A stretch of DNA of 36,638 bases, from assembly GCA_021825465.1 (NCBI GenBank), contig JAKAGX010000002.1, positions 1 to 36,638 of the forward strand, written 5' to 3'. The notes beneath the pieces are model-generated. The model made no database searches, had not been told where the DNA came from, and saw nothing but the letters and a program-made list of their open reading frames with translations. Source of the stretch: a bacterium (GTDB lineage: Bacteria; Patescibacteriota; Minisyncoccia; UBA6257; GWB1-50-10). Positions within the stretch are counted from its first letter, which is position 1; every line of letters begins with the position of its first letter. Both the position numbers and the translations under genes were made by a program. Shown in pieces: positions 1-8,603 of this stretch.

Positions 1-236
1 CTTGCGATCGGCAAACTGTTCGATTTCCCCGGTACAAAGAGGGGTGAAAAGGCATAGCCGACCACAATAAGGGCAATGAGAGCGAACGAAGCAGCCCAAG
101 CGGTGAAATACGTGCGTACGCCGACCCTTCCGCCTCGTTCAAGGGAAAGAATGGTCGCCCTGCTCTTCGCGAGAAAAGCAGCGTCGGGCTCTATCAAGCT
201 AAGCCTCTTCAGTTGTTTGGGAAAATCCCGATTCAT
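1..236 (-). CDS. putative anti-sigma-factor-like single-pass membrane protein (N-terminal part only; gene continues past the left edge)
   Basis: Absent from the ORF track because it is truncated. ATG is the reverse complement of 234-236, and the frame stays open for 78 codons to position 1. Translation: MNRDFPKQLKRLSLIEPDAAFLAKSRATILSLERGGRVGVRTYFTAWAASFALIALIVVGYAF... It has one hydrophobic helix. It overlaps the stop of the upstream ECF sigma gene by 38 nt, a typical sigma/anti-sigma arrangement. Confidence 0.4.
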   Translation of the reverse strand, partial: MNRDFPKQLKRLSLIEPDAAFLAKSRATILSLERGGRVGVRTYFTAWAASFALIALIVVGYAFSPLFVPGKSNSLPIA

Positions 237-768
237 GTTTTTCTATTTCTTTCTTCAGTTGCTTCAAGGCGCGATGCTGAATGACCCGTATCGCCCCTTC
301 GCTTTTGTCGAGCGCGCCTGCGATCTCCCGATTCGTCATATCATCGACGAACTTCATGATGAGAACATCCTGGTACGCCGGCTCGAGAGAAGCAACGCAA
401 TTTTTCACCATCGCGAGATCCGAGTCAAAATCCAGCTTTTTGGCCAAATCCGGATCCGCGGAGAACGTTTCTTCCGGAACGACATCGATGTCGACCACCG
501 GACGCTTGGTCCGCCAGTAATCGATGACCGCATTCCGAGCGACCTTATAAAGGTAGCTTGAAAAGGGCACCCCCCGTACGTCGAATGTTTCGATATTTTT
601 CCAAGCGCTCAAAAAAACTTCATGGGTAAGGTCTTCCGCCTCGCCCTTCCTTCCTCCGAGCTTCAAGAAGAAATACCGGTAAATCTTCGGGGCATACTTG
701 TCGTATATTTCGCCAAATGAAGGGCTATCCCCTTTTTTGGCCTTTCTCAAGAGCTTTTCGTCCTCCAT
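199..768 (-). CDS. RNA polymerase sigma-70 family factor, ECF-type
   Basis: 189-aa ORF. Region 2-like motifs are DLTHEVFLSAWKNIETF and YLYKVARNAVIDYWR. The region 4 helix-turn-helix is MTNREIAGALDKSEGAIRVIQHRALKQLK. Confidence 0.9.
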   Translation of the reverse strand: MEDEKLLRKAKKGDSPSFGEIYDKYAPKIYRYFFLKLGGRKGEAEDLTHEVFLSAWKNIETFDVRGVPFSSYLYKVARNAVIDYWRTKRPVVDIDVVPEETFSADPDLAKKLDFDSDLAMVKNCVASLEPAYQDVLIMKFVDDMTNREIAGALDKSEGAIRVIQHRALKQLKKEIEKHESGFSQTTEEA

Positions 769-897
769 AGGTTAAAACGACGCCGTTCCGATTTTGTTTC
801 TGCGTTACAGATCCAGAGTGTAACACTGCGTAACAAGCGTCAGGAAAATGGTAGCAATAACCGCAGAAAAGGGCAAGAAATAAGAGGATTTTTTAAA

Positions 898-944
898 TGG
901 AGCGGGTAAGAGAGGGATTGGTTCGACTCCTGAGATAGATTTTG
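898..944 (-). repeat. scrambled partial copy of the tRNA-Gly 3' end (inverted T-arm copy plus direct copy of the acceptor 3' strand, ending TCCA)
   Basis: GAGCGGGTAAG occurs at 900-910 and again at 944-954. GGTTCGACTCC at 920-930 is the reverse complement of GGAGTCGAACC at 956-966 inside the tRNA. On the minus strand the fragment ends TACCCGC-T-CCA. Confidence 0.6.
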
Positions 945-1015
945 AGCGGGTAAGGGGAGTCGAACCCCTCTCATCAGCTTGGAAAGCTGAGGTAATACCG
1001 ATATACGATACCCGC
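945..1015 (-). tRNA. tRNA-Gly (anticodon UCC)
   Basis: The minus-strand sequence folds as a cloverleaf: GCGGGTA TC GTAT ATCGGTA TTAC C TCAGC TTTCCAA GCTGA TGAG AGGGG TTCGACT CCCCT TACCCGC T. The 7-nt anticodon loop is UU-UCC-AA and the discriminator is U. It is near-identical in layout to E. coli tRNA-Gly(UCC) as I recall it. CCA is not encoded. Confidence 0.9.
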
Positions 1016-1096
1016 ACGTGACGGTTTTAATCTTAAACAAAAAGGCGATTCGGGGCAAGCTGGAAAAACGAATCGAATAATGGTAGAGTCTAGGGA

Positions 1097-1729
1097 ATGA
1101 AATTTAAGGACAAGAAATCCGATATCATCGAGGACAAGCATTTGCGGCAAAAAATAGCGCTTCTCGTCGTGCCGGTCATTGCGATCGTCGGCCTCGCCGT
1201 TTATGCAGCAGCAGGCCAAAACACCACGGAACCGCCTCAAGGCTTCGTCGCCTCCCGGCAAAACCTTTCCGAGATCAGCAAGGATATCGCAAACTTGAAC
1301 CAAGAGATGTCACGGGAGATCTCGACGATCCAAGAGGCCAAGAAGGCGGGTGATACGGGAAAGGCCCTGCAAGCAATTCAAAGCGCCAAACAGACGAATG
1401 CCGAAGCGGTCACAAAAGCCCAAAGTTTTTCCGCGGGCCTCGCAGAGATGTCAAAATCCTTGAGCGGCTTCACCTCGACGACGAGCCAAACGCTGGCCGC
1501 CCAAGCCGTCGCAACCGAAATTTCGCTGACCAACGAATTCATAACCTACACGAAACTTCTCGACAACTTCCTCACTCTCCTCTCGGCATCGATCACGAAC
1601 GACAATCCGACCATCGAAAACAACATCAAAACCTCGCTTGCCGAAATCAATAAAAAGGTTGACGACATCAATAAATTGAACCAAACGTTCCTTCAGGAGA
1701 TCGCAAGCTTCGATAAATCCCTTCAATAA
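1097..1729 (+). CDS. hypothetical membrane-anchored alpha-helical protein
   Basis: 210-aa ORF. The N-terminal TM helix is IALLVVPVIAIVGLAVYAAA. The rest is a low-complexity helical Q/S/T/A-rich region. No family recognised. Confidence 0.6.
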   Translation: MKFKDKKSDIIEDKHLRQKIALLVVPVIAIVGLAVYAAAGQNTTEPPQGFVASRQNLSEISKDIANLNQEMSREISTIQEAKKAGDTGKALQAIQSAKQTNAEAVTKAQSFSAGLAEMSKSLSGFTSTTSQTLAAQAVATEISLTNEFITYTKLLDNFLTLLSASITNDNPTIENNIKTSLAEINKKVDDINKLNQTFLQEIASFDKSLQ

Positions 1730-1731
1730 CC

Positions 1732-2094
1732 ATGAAGTTTATCGGCAAATTCATCTTTCACGTCTTCTCGAATATCATCGCGATACTCGTGACCAATTAT
1801 GCGGTCCCGGGCTTCTTTTCCGGCGGGATACAGGACCTTGTGATCGCCGCGCTTATTCTTTCCGTCATCAACACATTCCTCAAGCCCCTTCTGAAACTCC
1901 TCTCGGGCCCGCTTATCCTTCTCACGTTCGGCCTTTTCACCATCGTCATCAACGCTGTTTCGATCTATATCCTTGACATAGTGAGCCAAGCGATTACAAT
2001 TCAAGGATTGAAGGAGCTTATCATTGCGACGCTTATCATAAGCTTCGTAAATTTCATCGTAAGCTCATCGGCAAAACTCGGATATAAAAAATAA
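1732..2094 (+). CDS. DUF360 / phage-holin-4-like (YvlD family) small membrane protein
   Basis: 120 aa with 3-4 TM helices. The central motif LKPLLKLLSGPLILLTFGLFTIVINAVSIY is typical of the family. It starts 3 nt after the preceding ORF. Confidence 0.7.
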   Translation: MKFIGKFIFHVFSNIIAILVTNYAVPGFFSGGIQDLVIAALILSVINTFLKPLLKLLSGPLILLTFGLFTIVINAVSIYILDIVSQAITIQGLKELIIATLIISFVNFIVSSSAKLGYKK

Positions 2095-2301
2095 ATGATC
2101 CTTGCACTCCAAATAGCGGTTTCGATCATCCTCATCATCCTCGTCATCATTCAAGAGCGGGCAAGCGGCATTTCAGGCGTTTTCGGCGGGCAGGGCGCAA
2201 CTCCCTACCAAACGAGAAGGGGGCTTGAAAAAACCATCTTCTATGCGACCATCGTATTCGCCGTCATTTTCGCGGCGCTTGCGATAGCGAATCTGCTCTA
2301 G
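2095..2301 (+). CDS. secG: preprotein translocase subunit SecG
   Basis: 68 aa with two TM helices flanking the Gly-rich loop QERASGISGVFGGQGA. Size and layout are typical of SecG. Confidence 0.75.
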   Translation: MILALQIAVSIILIILVIIQERASGISGVFGGQGATPYQTRRGLEKTIFYATIVFAVIFAALAIANLL

Positions 2302-2382
2302 ATATAGACAGATAGAAACGGATATAATAGATATACAACATATCTCCGTCTTTATCCGTAGTATCCGTCTTATCTCGATTTC

Positions 2383-3993
2383 ATGAACTTACTTAGCATC
2401 ATCTTCGATAAATTCTCAACGAAAGAAAGGAAGCTTTTTCTCGGCGGCATTATTCTCGTTGTCCTTCTCCTTATATTCCTGGTGTTCCTCATCATACGAG
2501 ACTCTGGCACCTTCGTTTCCATTCCCGGAGGGTCCTATACGGAGGGTATCGTAGGTCAGCCGATCAACATCAATCCAATCCTCTCTGCAAACCCCACCGA
2601 TCAGGAAATGAGCCTTCTTTTGTATTCCCGCCTTTCCAACCTCCTCCAAACATGGAATGCGAGCTCCGACGGCAAAACCTACACCCTGGAGCTTAAAGAT
2701 GGCTTGAAGTGGAGCGACGGGCAGCCCCTTACAAGCGATGACGTCCTCTTTACCATCAATACGGTGCAAAATTACAACGCCCATTCTCCTTTCTATCAAA
2801 GTTGGCAGGGCGTCTCGGCGGAGCGCGTGAGTTCCCTTCAAATAAAGATAACCCTTCCGAATCAAAACGTCTTCTTTATGGACAATGTCGACAATCTCCC
2901 CGTAATACCGGAACACATTTACGGGTCGATACCGGCGGAGAACTACTCGCTCTCGGATTACAAACTGCAGCCGATCGGGAGCGGCCCCTATCTCTTCAAA
3001 AGTTTTGCAAAAAGGAAGGATGGCTTCATAACGTCGTATGAACTTGCCGCAAATCCCTTCTACGCCGGAACCAAGCCGCTTATACCGACCTTCTCGTTCA
3101 AATTTTTCGAAAATACCGACGAAGTCACCCAAGCCCTGGAACTCCACCAGATCAACGGCTACGGCTCGATGTGGCCGACCGGCATCGACACCTCCCTCTT
3201 GAAAGGCTTTGTTGTCGACACGATCCCGGCATCCGACTACTACGCTGTCTTTTTCAATCCTGCCGTGAACCCCATACTGAAGGACCCGAACATACGGGCG
3301 GCCCTCACCATGAGCATCGATACGAATGAGATCATTGATAAGGTCCTCTCGCCGGAAGCGACGCCGGCGGCAGGACCGGTTCTCATTCCGGGAATTCCGG
3401 CCCCGACATCGACATCGAGCACATCGACGGCAGCAAGCCTTGTCAGCAAGTATAAATCGAAAAACAAAAACCAGCCCCTCACCATCACCTTGTCGGTACC
3501 GGACGTTCAATTCTTGAAGAACGTGGCGCAAATCATCCAAAGCGACTGGGAAAGCATCGGCATCGATCAGGTGAACATTCAAACCGTCGATATGTCAGAT
3601 CCGGTGAATTCCCCCCTTAAGACCAGGGATTATGACGCGCTTCTTTTCGGAAACTTCCTTCAAAATCCCGAAGATCTCTTCCCCTTCTGGCACTCCTCTC
3701 AAACAACCTATCCCGGCCTCAATCTTGCTTCGTACCAAAGCACGAAAGCCGACAATCTCATGGAAACGATCAGAGAAACCTCCGACGAGGGCACGCGGCA
3801 AACGCTTCTTGCAAATCTTCAATCGACCATCATGAACGATGACCCGGCGGCTTTTCTTTTCTCGCTCCCTTATCTATACATCCACTCGGACGACCTTCGG
3901 GGATTTGCAAGCGGACACGTTGCATCGCCTTCCGACCTGTACCGCGACGTGAGCCACTGGTCGATCGCGGAAGTGCAAGTGATAAAACCATGA
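2383..3993 (+). CDS. ABC-transporter family-5 solute-binding protein (peptide/nickel type), N-terminally membrane-anchored
   Basis: 536 aa. The N-terminal TM helix is LFLGGIILVVLLLIFLVFLII. The SBP_bac_5-like motif is LKDGLKWSDGQPLTSDDVLFTINT. No permease or ATPase genes are adjacent. Confidence 0.75.
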   Translation: MNLLSIIFDKFSTKERKLFLGGIILVVLLLIFLVFLIIRDSGTFVSIPGGSYTEGIVGQPININPILSANPTDQEMSLLLYSRLSNLLQTWNASSDGKTYTLELKDGLKWSDGQPLTSDDVLFTINTVQNYNAHSPFYQSWQGVSAERVSSLQIKITLPNQNVFFMDNVDNLPVIPEHIYGSIPAENYSLSDYKLQPIGSGPYLFKSFAKRKDGFITSYELAANPFYAGTKPLIPTFSFKFFENTDEVTQALELHQINGYGSMWPTGIDTSLLKGFVVDTIPASDYYAVFFNPAVNPILKDPNIRAALTMSIDTNEIIDKVLSPEATPAAGPVLIPGIPAPTSTSSTSTAASLVSKYKSKNKNQPLTITLSVPDVQFLKNVAQIIQSDWESIGIDQVNIQTVDMSDPVNSPLKTRDYDALLFGNFLQNPEDLFPFWHSSQTTYPGLNLASYQSTKADNLMETIRETSDEGTRQTLLANLQSTIMNDDPAAFLFSLPYLYIHSDDLRGFASGHVASPSDLYRDVSHWSIAEVQVIKP

Positions 3994-4967
3994 CCTCATT
4001 CGAAAAGAATCTCCGCCGCTTCGAGAGCCAGCTTTCGAGCCGGAACATCAAAACGGCAAATTTCAAAGGACTCAAAGATCCGAAACCGGATGCCATCGTC
4101 ATCTGCGGCATGGGCGGATCGGGCCTCGCGGGCGACATCATCCGGGAACACGCCGCAATCCTCAAGATCCCCGTTCCCGTCGTGACCCTAAAGAACGATG
4201 GATTGCTCCCACTCCCTTTCAAGCGCCCGTTCTATATTTGCATCTCTTTCTCGGGCAACACCGAAGAAACCATCCACTGTCTTACCGAAGCCTTGAAGGC
4301 GAAGAAAAAATCCGGCATCGCGATCGTAACGGGGAGAGGCGGGACAATGAGAAAAATTGCGGAAAAAAAGATGCTTCCGGCGTCTTATTTCGACCCCGGG
4401 GACTTGACACCGCGTGAAGCTTCTGGCATGATGTACTACGGAATAGCGAGCGTACTCCAGGCGATCTTCCCCGCAGTCGCCGTTCGGGACCTCTCCCGAA
4501 CGATCAAGGCGGCTCAGTTTTCCGCACGCGGCATATCGCTAGCCGGGAAACTCAAAGGGAAAAATATTCTGGTGTATTCCGACGAAGCACATGCGGCCCT
4601 GGGCTACATCTGGAAGATCAGCTTCAATGAAACAGGCAAGAACGCCGCATTTTGGAACACATATTCGGAAATCAATCATAACGAGATCGTCGGCTTCGAA
4701 AACATCAAAGGGCCCTGGTTCGCCCTTTGGCTTACGGACCCCGCTCTCGAACGGAAGAATAAAGATAAAATAAAATTCGTCGCGCAAAAAATGAAACAGC
4801 GCGGCATTGAAAGCGCAATGATTCCCCTCGAAGGGAAAAATGACGAGGAAAAATTTTGGAACGGCGTCGCGTTCGCTTGGTGGACCGCACTCGGCCTCGC
4901 GAAGAAGAACGGCGTCGCGCCGGAAGAAACAAAAATCATCGACGAACTTAAGAAACGGTTTCAATAA
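3990..4967 (+). CDS. bifunctional phosphoglucose/phosphomannose isomerase (SIS-domain, archaeal type)
   Basis: 325 aa. The SIS motif is ICGMGGSGLAGDIIRE, and SFSGNTEET and YSEINHNEIVGFE are also present. The start ATGA overlaps the stop of the upstream gene. Confidence 0.8.
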   Translation: MTSFEKNLRRFESQLSSRNIKTANFKGLKDPKPDAIVICGMGGSGLAGDIIREHAAILKIPVPVVTLKNDGLLPLPFKRPFYICISFSGNTEETIHCLTEALKAKKKSGIAIVTGRGGTMRKIAEKKMLPASYFDPGDLTPREASGMMYYGIASVLQAIFPAVAVRDLSRTIKAAQFSARGISLAGKLKGKNILVYSDEAHAALGYIWKISFNETGKNAAFWNTYSEINHNEIVGFENIKGPWFALWLTDPALERKNKDKIKFVAQKMKQRGIESAMIPLEGKNDEEKFWNGVAFAWWTALGLAKKNGVAPEETKIIDELKKRFQ

Positions 4968-4979
4968 CGTCTGGGCAGG

Positions 4980-5103
4980 CCCCCACACCTAAGCGAAAGT
5001 GTGTATCCATTTATCTTTTCACTTACTATCGATACTAAAGCGAATAACAAAGAGAGATTTAAAATGTAAAACACTAAAGAAATTTCCTTTCGCTTAGGTG
5101 TGG
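4980..5103. mobile_element. MITE-like non-coding insertion with perfect terminal inverted repeats, flanked by a 7-bp direct duplication
   Basis: A 21-nt perfect inverted repeat, GCCCCCACACCTAAGCGAAAG, lies at 4979-4999 with its complement at 5087-5107. It encloses an AT-rich 87-nt core. GGGCAGG is present at 4973-4979 and again at 5104-5110, the first 7 nt of tRNA-Leu. Confidence 0.55.
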
Positions 5104-5187
5104 GGGCAGGTGGCGGAACCGGCAGACGCGCAGGCTTCAGGAGCCTGTGGGAGCAATCCCGTGAGGGTTCAAGTCCCTCTCTGCCCA
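5104..5187 (+). tRNA. tRNA-Leu (anticodon CAG)
   Basis: The acceptor stem is GGGCAGG/TCTGCCC. The anticodon arm is CAGGC-TTCAGGA-GCCTG with anticodon CAG and G37. The long variable arm is TGGGAGCAATCCCGT. The T arm is GAGGG-TTCAAGT-CCCTC and the discriminator is A. CCA is not encoded. Confidence 0.9.
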
Positions 5188-5302
5188 CAATGAAAATTAA
5201 AAAAGTCGAATAATTTTCAGAACTAAACACTCGGCGGGCCCCTTCACCGTCCGCGGTTTAGCACATACTCAATAAAAAGTCGTTAGAAAAATAAAAAAAT
5301 AT

Positions 5303-7018
5303 ATGACTCCAAGAGGAGTAAAAACAAACATCAAACCGCCGGAAAAAGTGTCCGGCGACCACGTCCGCCTTGCGGCCCTCGGCGGACTTGAAGAAATCGG
5401 CCGCAACATGTCGTTCATCGAATACAAGAACGACATCGTCGCGATCGACATGGGCCTCCAGTTCCCCGAGGAAACGACGCCGGGCGTCGACTTCATCATC
5501 CCGAACGTCTCGTATCTCGAAGAACGAAAAGAAAAGGTCAAAGCGGTCATCATCACACACGCCCACTACGACCACATCGGCGCCATGCCCTACCTTATGG
5601 GCAAACTCGGCAACCCTCCGGTATATGCCACGAGGATGTCGCGCGCCATTATCGAAAAGCGGCAGAACGAATTCACCAATGCACCGCGCCTCCGGGTGCA
5701 GGAAGTACGATATGGTGACCGCTTCAAGATCAGCGAGAACATCGAACTCGAATTTTTCGGCGTTGATCACACGATCCCCGAAACCATGGGCGTCATCGTA
5801 AAAACGCCCGTCGGGAATATCGTCCACTTCGCCGACTTCCGCATCGAATACAACGAGAAGGACGAGCCGCAAGGCCTCGAAACCTTCAAGCGCATCGGCG
5901 ACATGGGCGTCCACACCTTCATGGTGGACAGCACGAATGCCGAAGAAGAAGGCCATTCGCTTTCAGAAAAAGTCATCGAAAAGAACATCGAGATGCTCAT
6001 CAAGCAAGCGAAAGGCAGGATCATCCTTGCAACCTTTTCTTCGATGATTACGAGAATCGCCGAGATCATCAAAATCGCCGAGAAACTCGGAAAGAAGGTC
6101 GCCGTGAACGGCCGATCGATGCGGGACAACGTCCTCATCGCGAAAAACCTCGGATACGTCAAGACAAAGAACAAAGACACCTTGATCGCGGTCGAGGACA
6201 TCCACAAATACAAAGACAATGAGGTTCTCATCCTTTCGACCGGCGCCCAAGGAGAATCTTCCGCGGGCCTCATGAAGATCGTGACGGGAATCCACAAGTA
6301 CATCAAGCTGAAGGTCGGCGACACCGTCATCTTTTCGTCTTCCGTCATCCCGGGAAACGAACGCGGCGTGCAAAACCTCAAGGACAACTTGGCGCGGCAG
6401 GGCGCGATCGTCTACACCTCATCCATCATCGACATCCACGTGAGCGGACACGCCATGAAGGATGATATCGATCTCGCTGTGCGGGCGCTTCGGCCGAAAT
6501 TCGTCATGCCGGTCCACGGTTATTACTTCATGCGATTCGCAAACGGCCAAAACGCCGTCCGCGCCGGCGTGCGGCCGGAAAACGTCCGACTTATGGATAA
6601 CGGACAAGTCGCCCGCCTCACAAAAGAAGAGTTCGTCATAACGGGGGAAACCGTTCCGGCGAACTACGTTTTAGTCGACGGCCTCGGCGTCGGCGACATC
6701 GGCGAAGTGGTCCTTCGGGACCGCTTGCTGCTCGCTGAAGAAGGCATGTTCGTCGTCATCACGACCCTCGACCGGAAAACCGGTCGGGTCATAAAAAACC
6801 CGGACATCATTTCGCGCGGCTTCATTTACCTCCGCGAAAATCAGGAGCTTTTGGACGAGATCCGGCGGAAGGTGCGCGGCATCTTCGGCAGGATCCCCCG
6901 CCGCGAGGAAGTGGACACCGATTATTTGAAAGCCCTCATTCGGGACCAGATCGGCCAATTCTTGTACAACAAGACGAAACGGAGACCGATGGTCTTGCCG
7001 GTGATCATCGAGATTTAG
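5303..7018 (+). CDS. rnj: ribonuclease J (metallo-beta-lactamase / beta-CASP)
   Basis: 571 aa. The MBL motif is ITHAHYDHIGAMPYL. GGLEEIGRNM is near the N-terminus. Beta-CASP and C-terminal domains have typical length. Confidence 0.9.
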   Translation: MTPRGVKTNIKPPEKVSGDHVRLAALGGLEEIGRNMSFIEYKNDIVAIDMGLQFPEETTPGVDFIIPNVSYLEERKEKVKAVIITHAHYDHIGAMPYLMGKLGNPPVYATRMSRAIIEKRQNEFTNAPRLRVQEVRYGDRFKISENIELEFFGVDHTIPETMGVIVKTPVGNIVHFADFRIEYNEKDEPQGLETFKRIGDMGVHTFMVDSTNAEEEGHSLSEKVIEKNIEMLIKQAKGRIILATFSSMITRIAEIIKIAEKLGKKVAVNGRSMRDNVLIAKNLGYVKTKNKDTLIAVEDIHKYKDNEVLILSTGAQGESSAGLMKIVTGIHKYIKLKVGDTVIFSSSVIPGNERGVQNLKDNLARQGAIVYTSSIIDIHVSGHAMKDDIDLAVRALRPKFVMPVHGYYFMRFANGQNAVRAGVRPENVRLMDNGQVARLTKEEFVITGETVPANYVLVDGLGVGDIGEVVLRDRLLLAEEGMFVVITTLDRKTGRVIKNPDIISRGFIYLRENQELLDEIRRKVRGIFGRIPRREEVDTDYLKALIRDQIGQFLYNKTKRRPMVLPVIIEI

Positions 7019-7117
7019 AAGATAATGGATAATAGATAGAGAATTGGAGAAACGCGGCGTGCACTATCAAATATCCATTATCTATTATCCTATTCCCGGC
7101 TACGGTATAATACCTTT

Positions 7118-8110
7118 ATGCCAAAACCGGTGCTTGTGTCGGGCATCCAGCCGACGGGAAAACTGCATATCGGGAATTACTTGGGATCACTGAAGAATTT
7201 CGTCGCGCTTCAAGACCTCGACGAATATCAATGCTTCTTTTTCATCGCCGACCTCCATTCCCTGACCGAGGATTTCGACCCGAAAGAAAAGGCAAGTCAA
7301 ATACGGAACGTGGTCGCCGACTATCTCGCTGCGGGTCTCAATCCGAAGCAATCGGTCATTTTCCAGCAATCGGAGATTCCGGCACACGCGGAACTCGCCG
7401 TCATTTTGAACAACTTCGCCCCGATCGGAGAAATGGAACGAATGACGCAATTCAAGGACAAGTCCAAAAACCAGGCCGGCAACATCAATATGGGCCTCTT
7501 CGACTATCCCGTCCTCATGGCGGCCGATATCCTTCTCTACGGCGCATCCGTCGTCCCCGTCGGCGAGGATCAAGTACAGCACCTCGAGCTTGCCCGGACG
7601 CTCGCCCGAAGATTCAATGCAAAATTCGGCAAAACATTCGTCGAACCGAAGCCGATCCTCACGGAAGCGAAACGCATCATGAGCCTGGACGATCCGACGA
7701 AAAAAATGTCCAAGTCGCGGCCCCAAGGATGCCTCTTCCTCGACGACGAGCCGGACGTGATCCGCAAAAAGGTCCAGCGCGCAGTGACCGATTCCGGCAG
7801 CGAAATTAAATATGATCCGGAGCGGAAGCCTGCACTCTCGAATCTCATGAGCGTGTATGCGAACATGGCGGACGTCCGCATGGATCAAATCGAATCCGCG
7901 TTCAAAGGGAAGGGCTACGGCGACTTCAAAAAAGGCCTCGCCGAAGTCATCATACAAGCGCTCGCGCCGTTCCAAGAAAAGAAGCGGAAACTCCTTGCAA
8001 GCCCGGGCATCATCAAAAAAGCGCTCGCCGCCGGGAACAAAAAAGCGAGTTCGGTTGCCGATAAAAAAATCGAGGAAATAAAAGAGAAAATAGGCATATC
8101 ACTTGACTAG
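7118..8110 (+). CDS. trpS: tryptophan--tRNA ligase
   Basis: 330 aa. The HIGH-type motif is KLHIGNYLG and the KMSKS motif is present. Size is that of class Ic TrpRS. Confidence 0.93.
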   Translation: MPKPVLVSGIQPTGKLHIGNYLGSLKNFVALQDLDEYQCFFFIADLHSLTEDFDPKEKASQIRNVVADYLAAGLNPKQSVIFQQSEIPAHAELAVILNNFAPIGEMERMTQFKDKSKNQAGNINMGLFDYPVLMAADILLYGASVVPVGEDQVQHLELARTLARRFNAKFGKTFVEPKPILTEAKRIMSLDDPTKKMSKSRPQGCLFLDDEPDVIRKKVQRAVTDSGSEIKYDPERKPALSNLMSVYANMADVRMDQIESAFKGKGYGDFKKGLAEVIIQALAPFQEKKRKLLASPGIIKKALAAGNKKASSVADKKIEEIKEKIGISLD

Positions 8111-8144
8111 GCAGCCCAACGATGTTATTATTTACGGAGTAATT

Positions 8145-8603
8145 ATGAGTATTGAAAATTTCCCGACCGAGCACCAATCAACATTCGAAGAAATGGAGCG
8201 CGAACTCGGCGACCCCGAGAGACTGCGGCTCCCCGTCGATTTGGAAAAGTTGAGGGAAGAAGTCGCCGAAGAAGGACTCAAGAAGCTGATCGACAGCACC
8301 ATTCAGTACTGCGAGCGATATACCGAAAGCGTCGCCGCATACAAGGAGTTGCTCACCGACCCTTCAAGAGACAAAGCCGACCAAGCGCAGCTCGATATGA
8401 CGGAACACGTCGTCCACGACGCGACCGTCGATGCGATCAACATCCTCGCGCGAGAGCTCAAGAAAGCGGGCTATGACACGCGTTGGATCGCTTCTTTCAG
8501 ATCGAGAGCTGAGTATGGAAGGTTGGCTCTCTTCACGACCTACAGAATTCTAGAGAGACAAGTACCCAATCAAAATAAAGAAAGGGCCGATCATGAAAAG
8601 TAA
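8145..8603 (+). CDS. hypothetical protein
   Basis: The track ORF 8103..8603 uses a TTG start. ATG 8145 is preceded by GGAG at 6-nt spacing. The product is a 152-aa acidic helical protein with no recognised family. Confidence 0.55.
   Translation: MSIENFPTEHQSTFEEMERELGDPERLRLPVDLEKLREEVAEEGLKKLIDSTIQYCERYTESVAAYKELLTDPSRDKADQAQLDMTEHVVHDATVDAINILARELKKAGYDTRWIASFRSRAEYGRLALFTTYRILERQVPNQNKERADHEK

Noticed and set aside
945-1015. An initial reading of this tRNA as tRNA-Trp (CCA).
   Set aside because: That reading used a 5-nt loop register. With the canonical 5-bp stem TCAGC/GCTGA the 7-nt loop is UUUCCAA. This gives U33, anticodon UCC and A37, and the rest of the sequence matches the tRNA-Gly(UCC) layout with discriminator U.
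2416-3582. Long antisense or alternative-frame ORFs in the track. Examples: 2416..3582(-), 5258..5956(-), 5767..6387(-), 7187..7975(-), 9916..10875(+), 11740..12495(+), 13103..13789(+), 18468..19481(+), 20861..21700(+), 21707..22723(-), 23805..24503(+), 33131..33808(-).
   Set aside because: Each lies entirely within or opposite a gene with strong family motifs. Their translations are low-complexity and Arg/Gly/Pro-rich, as is typical of shadow ORFs. None has a recognisable motif or ribosome-binding site.
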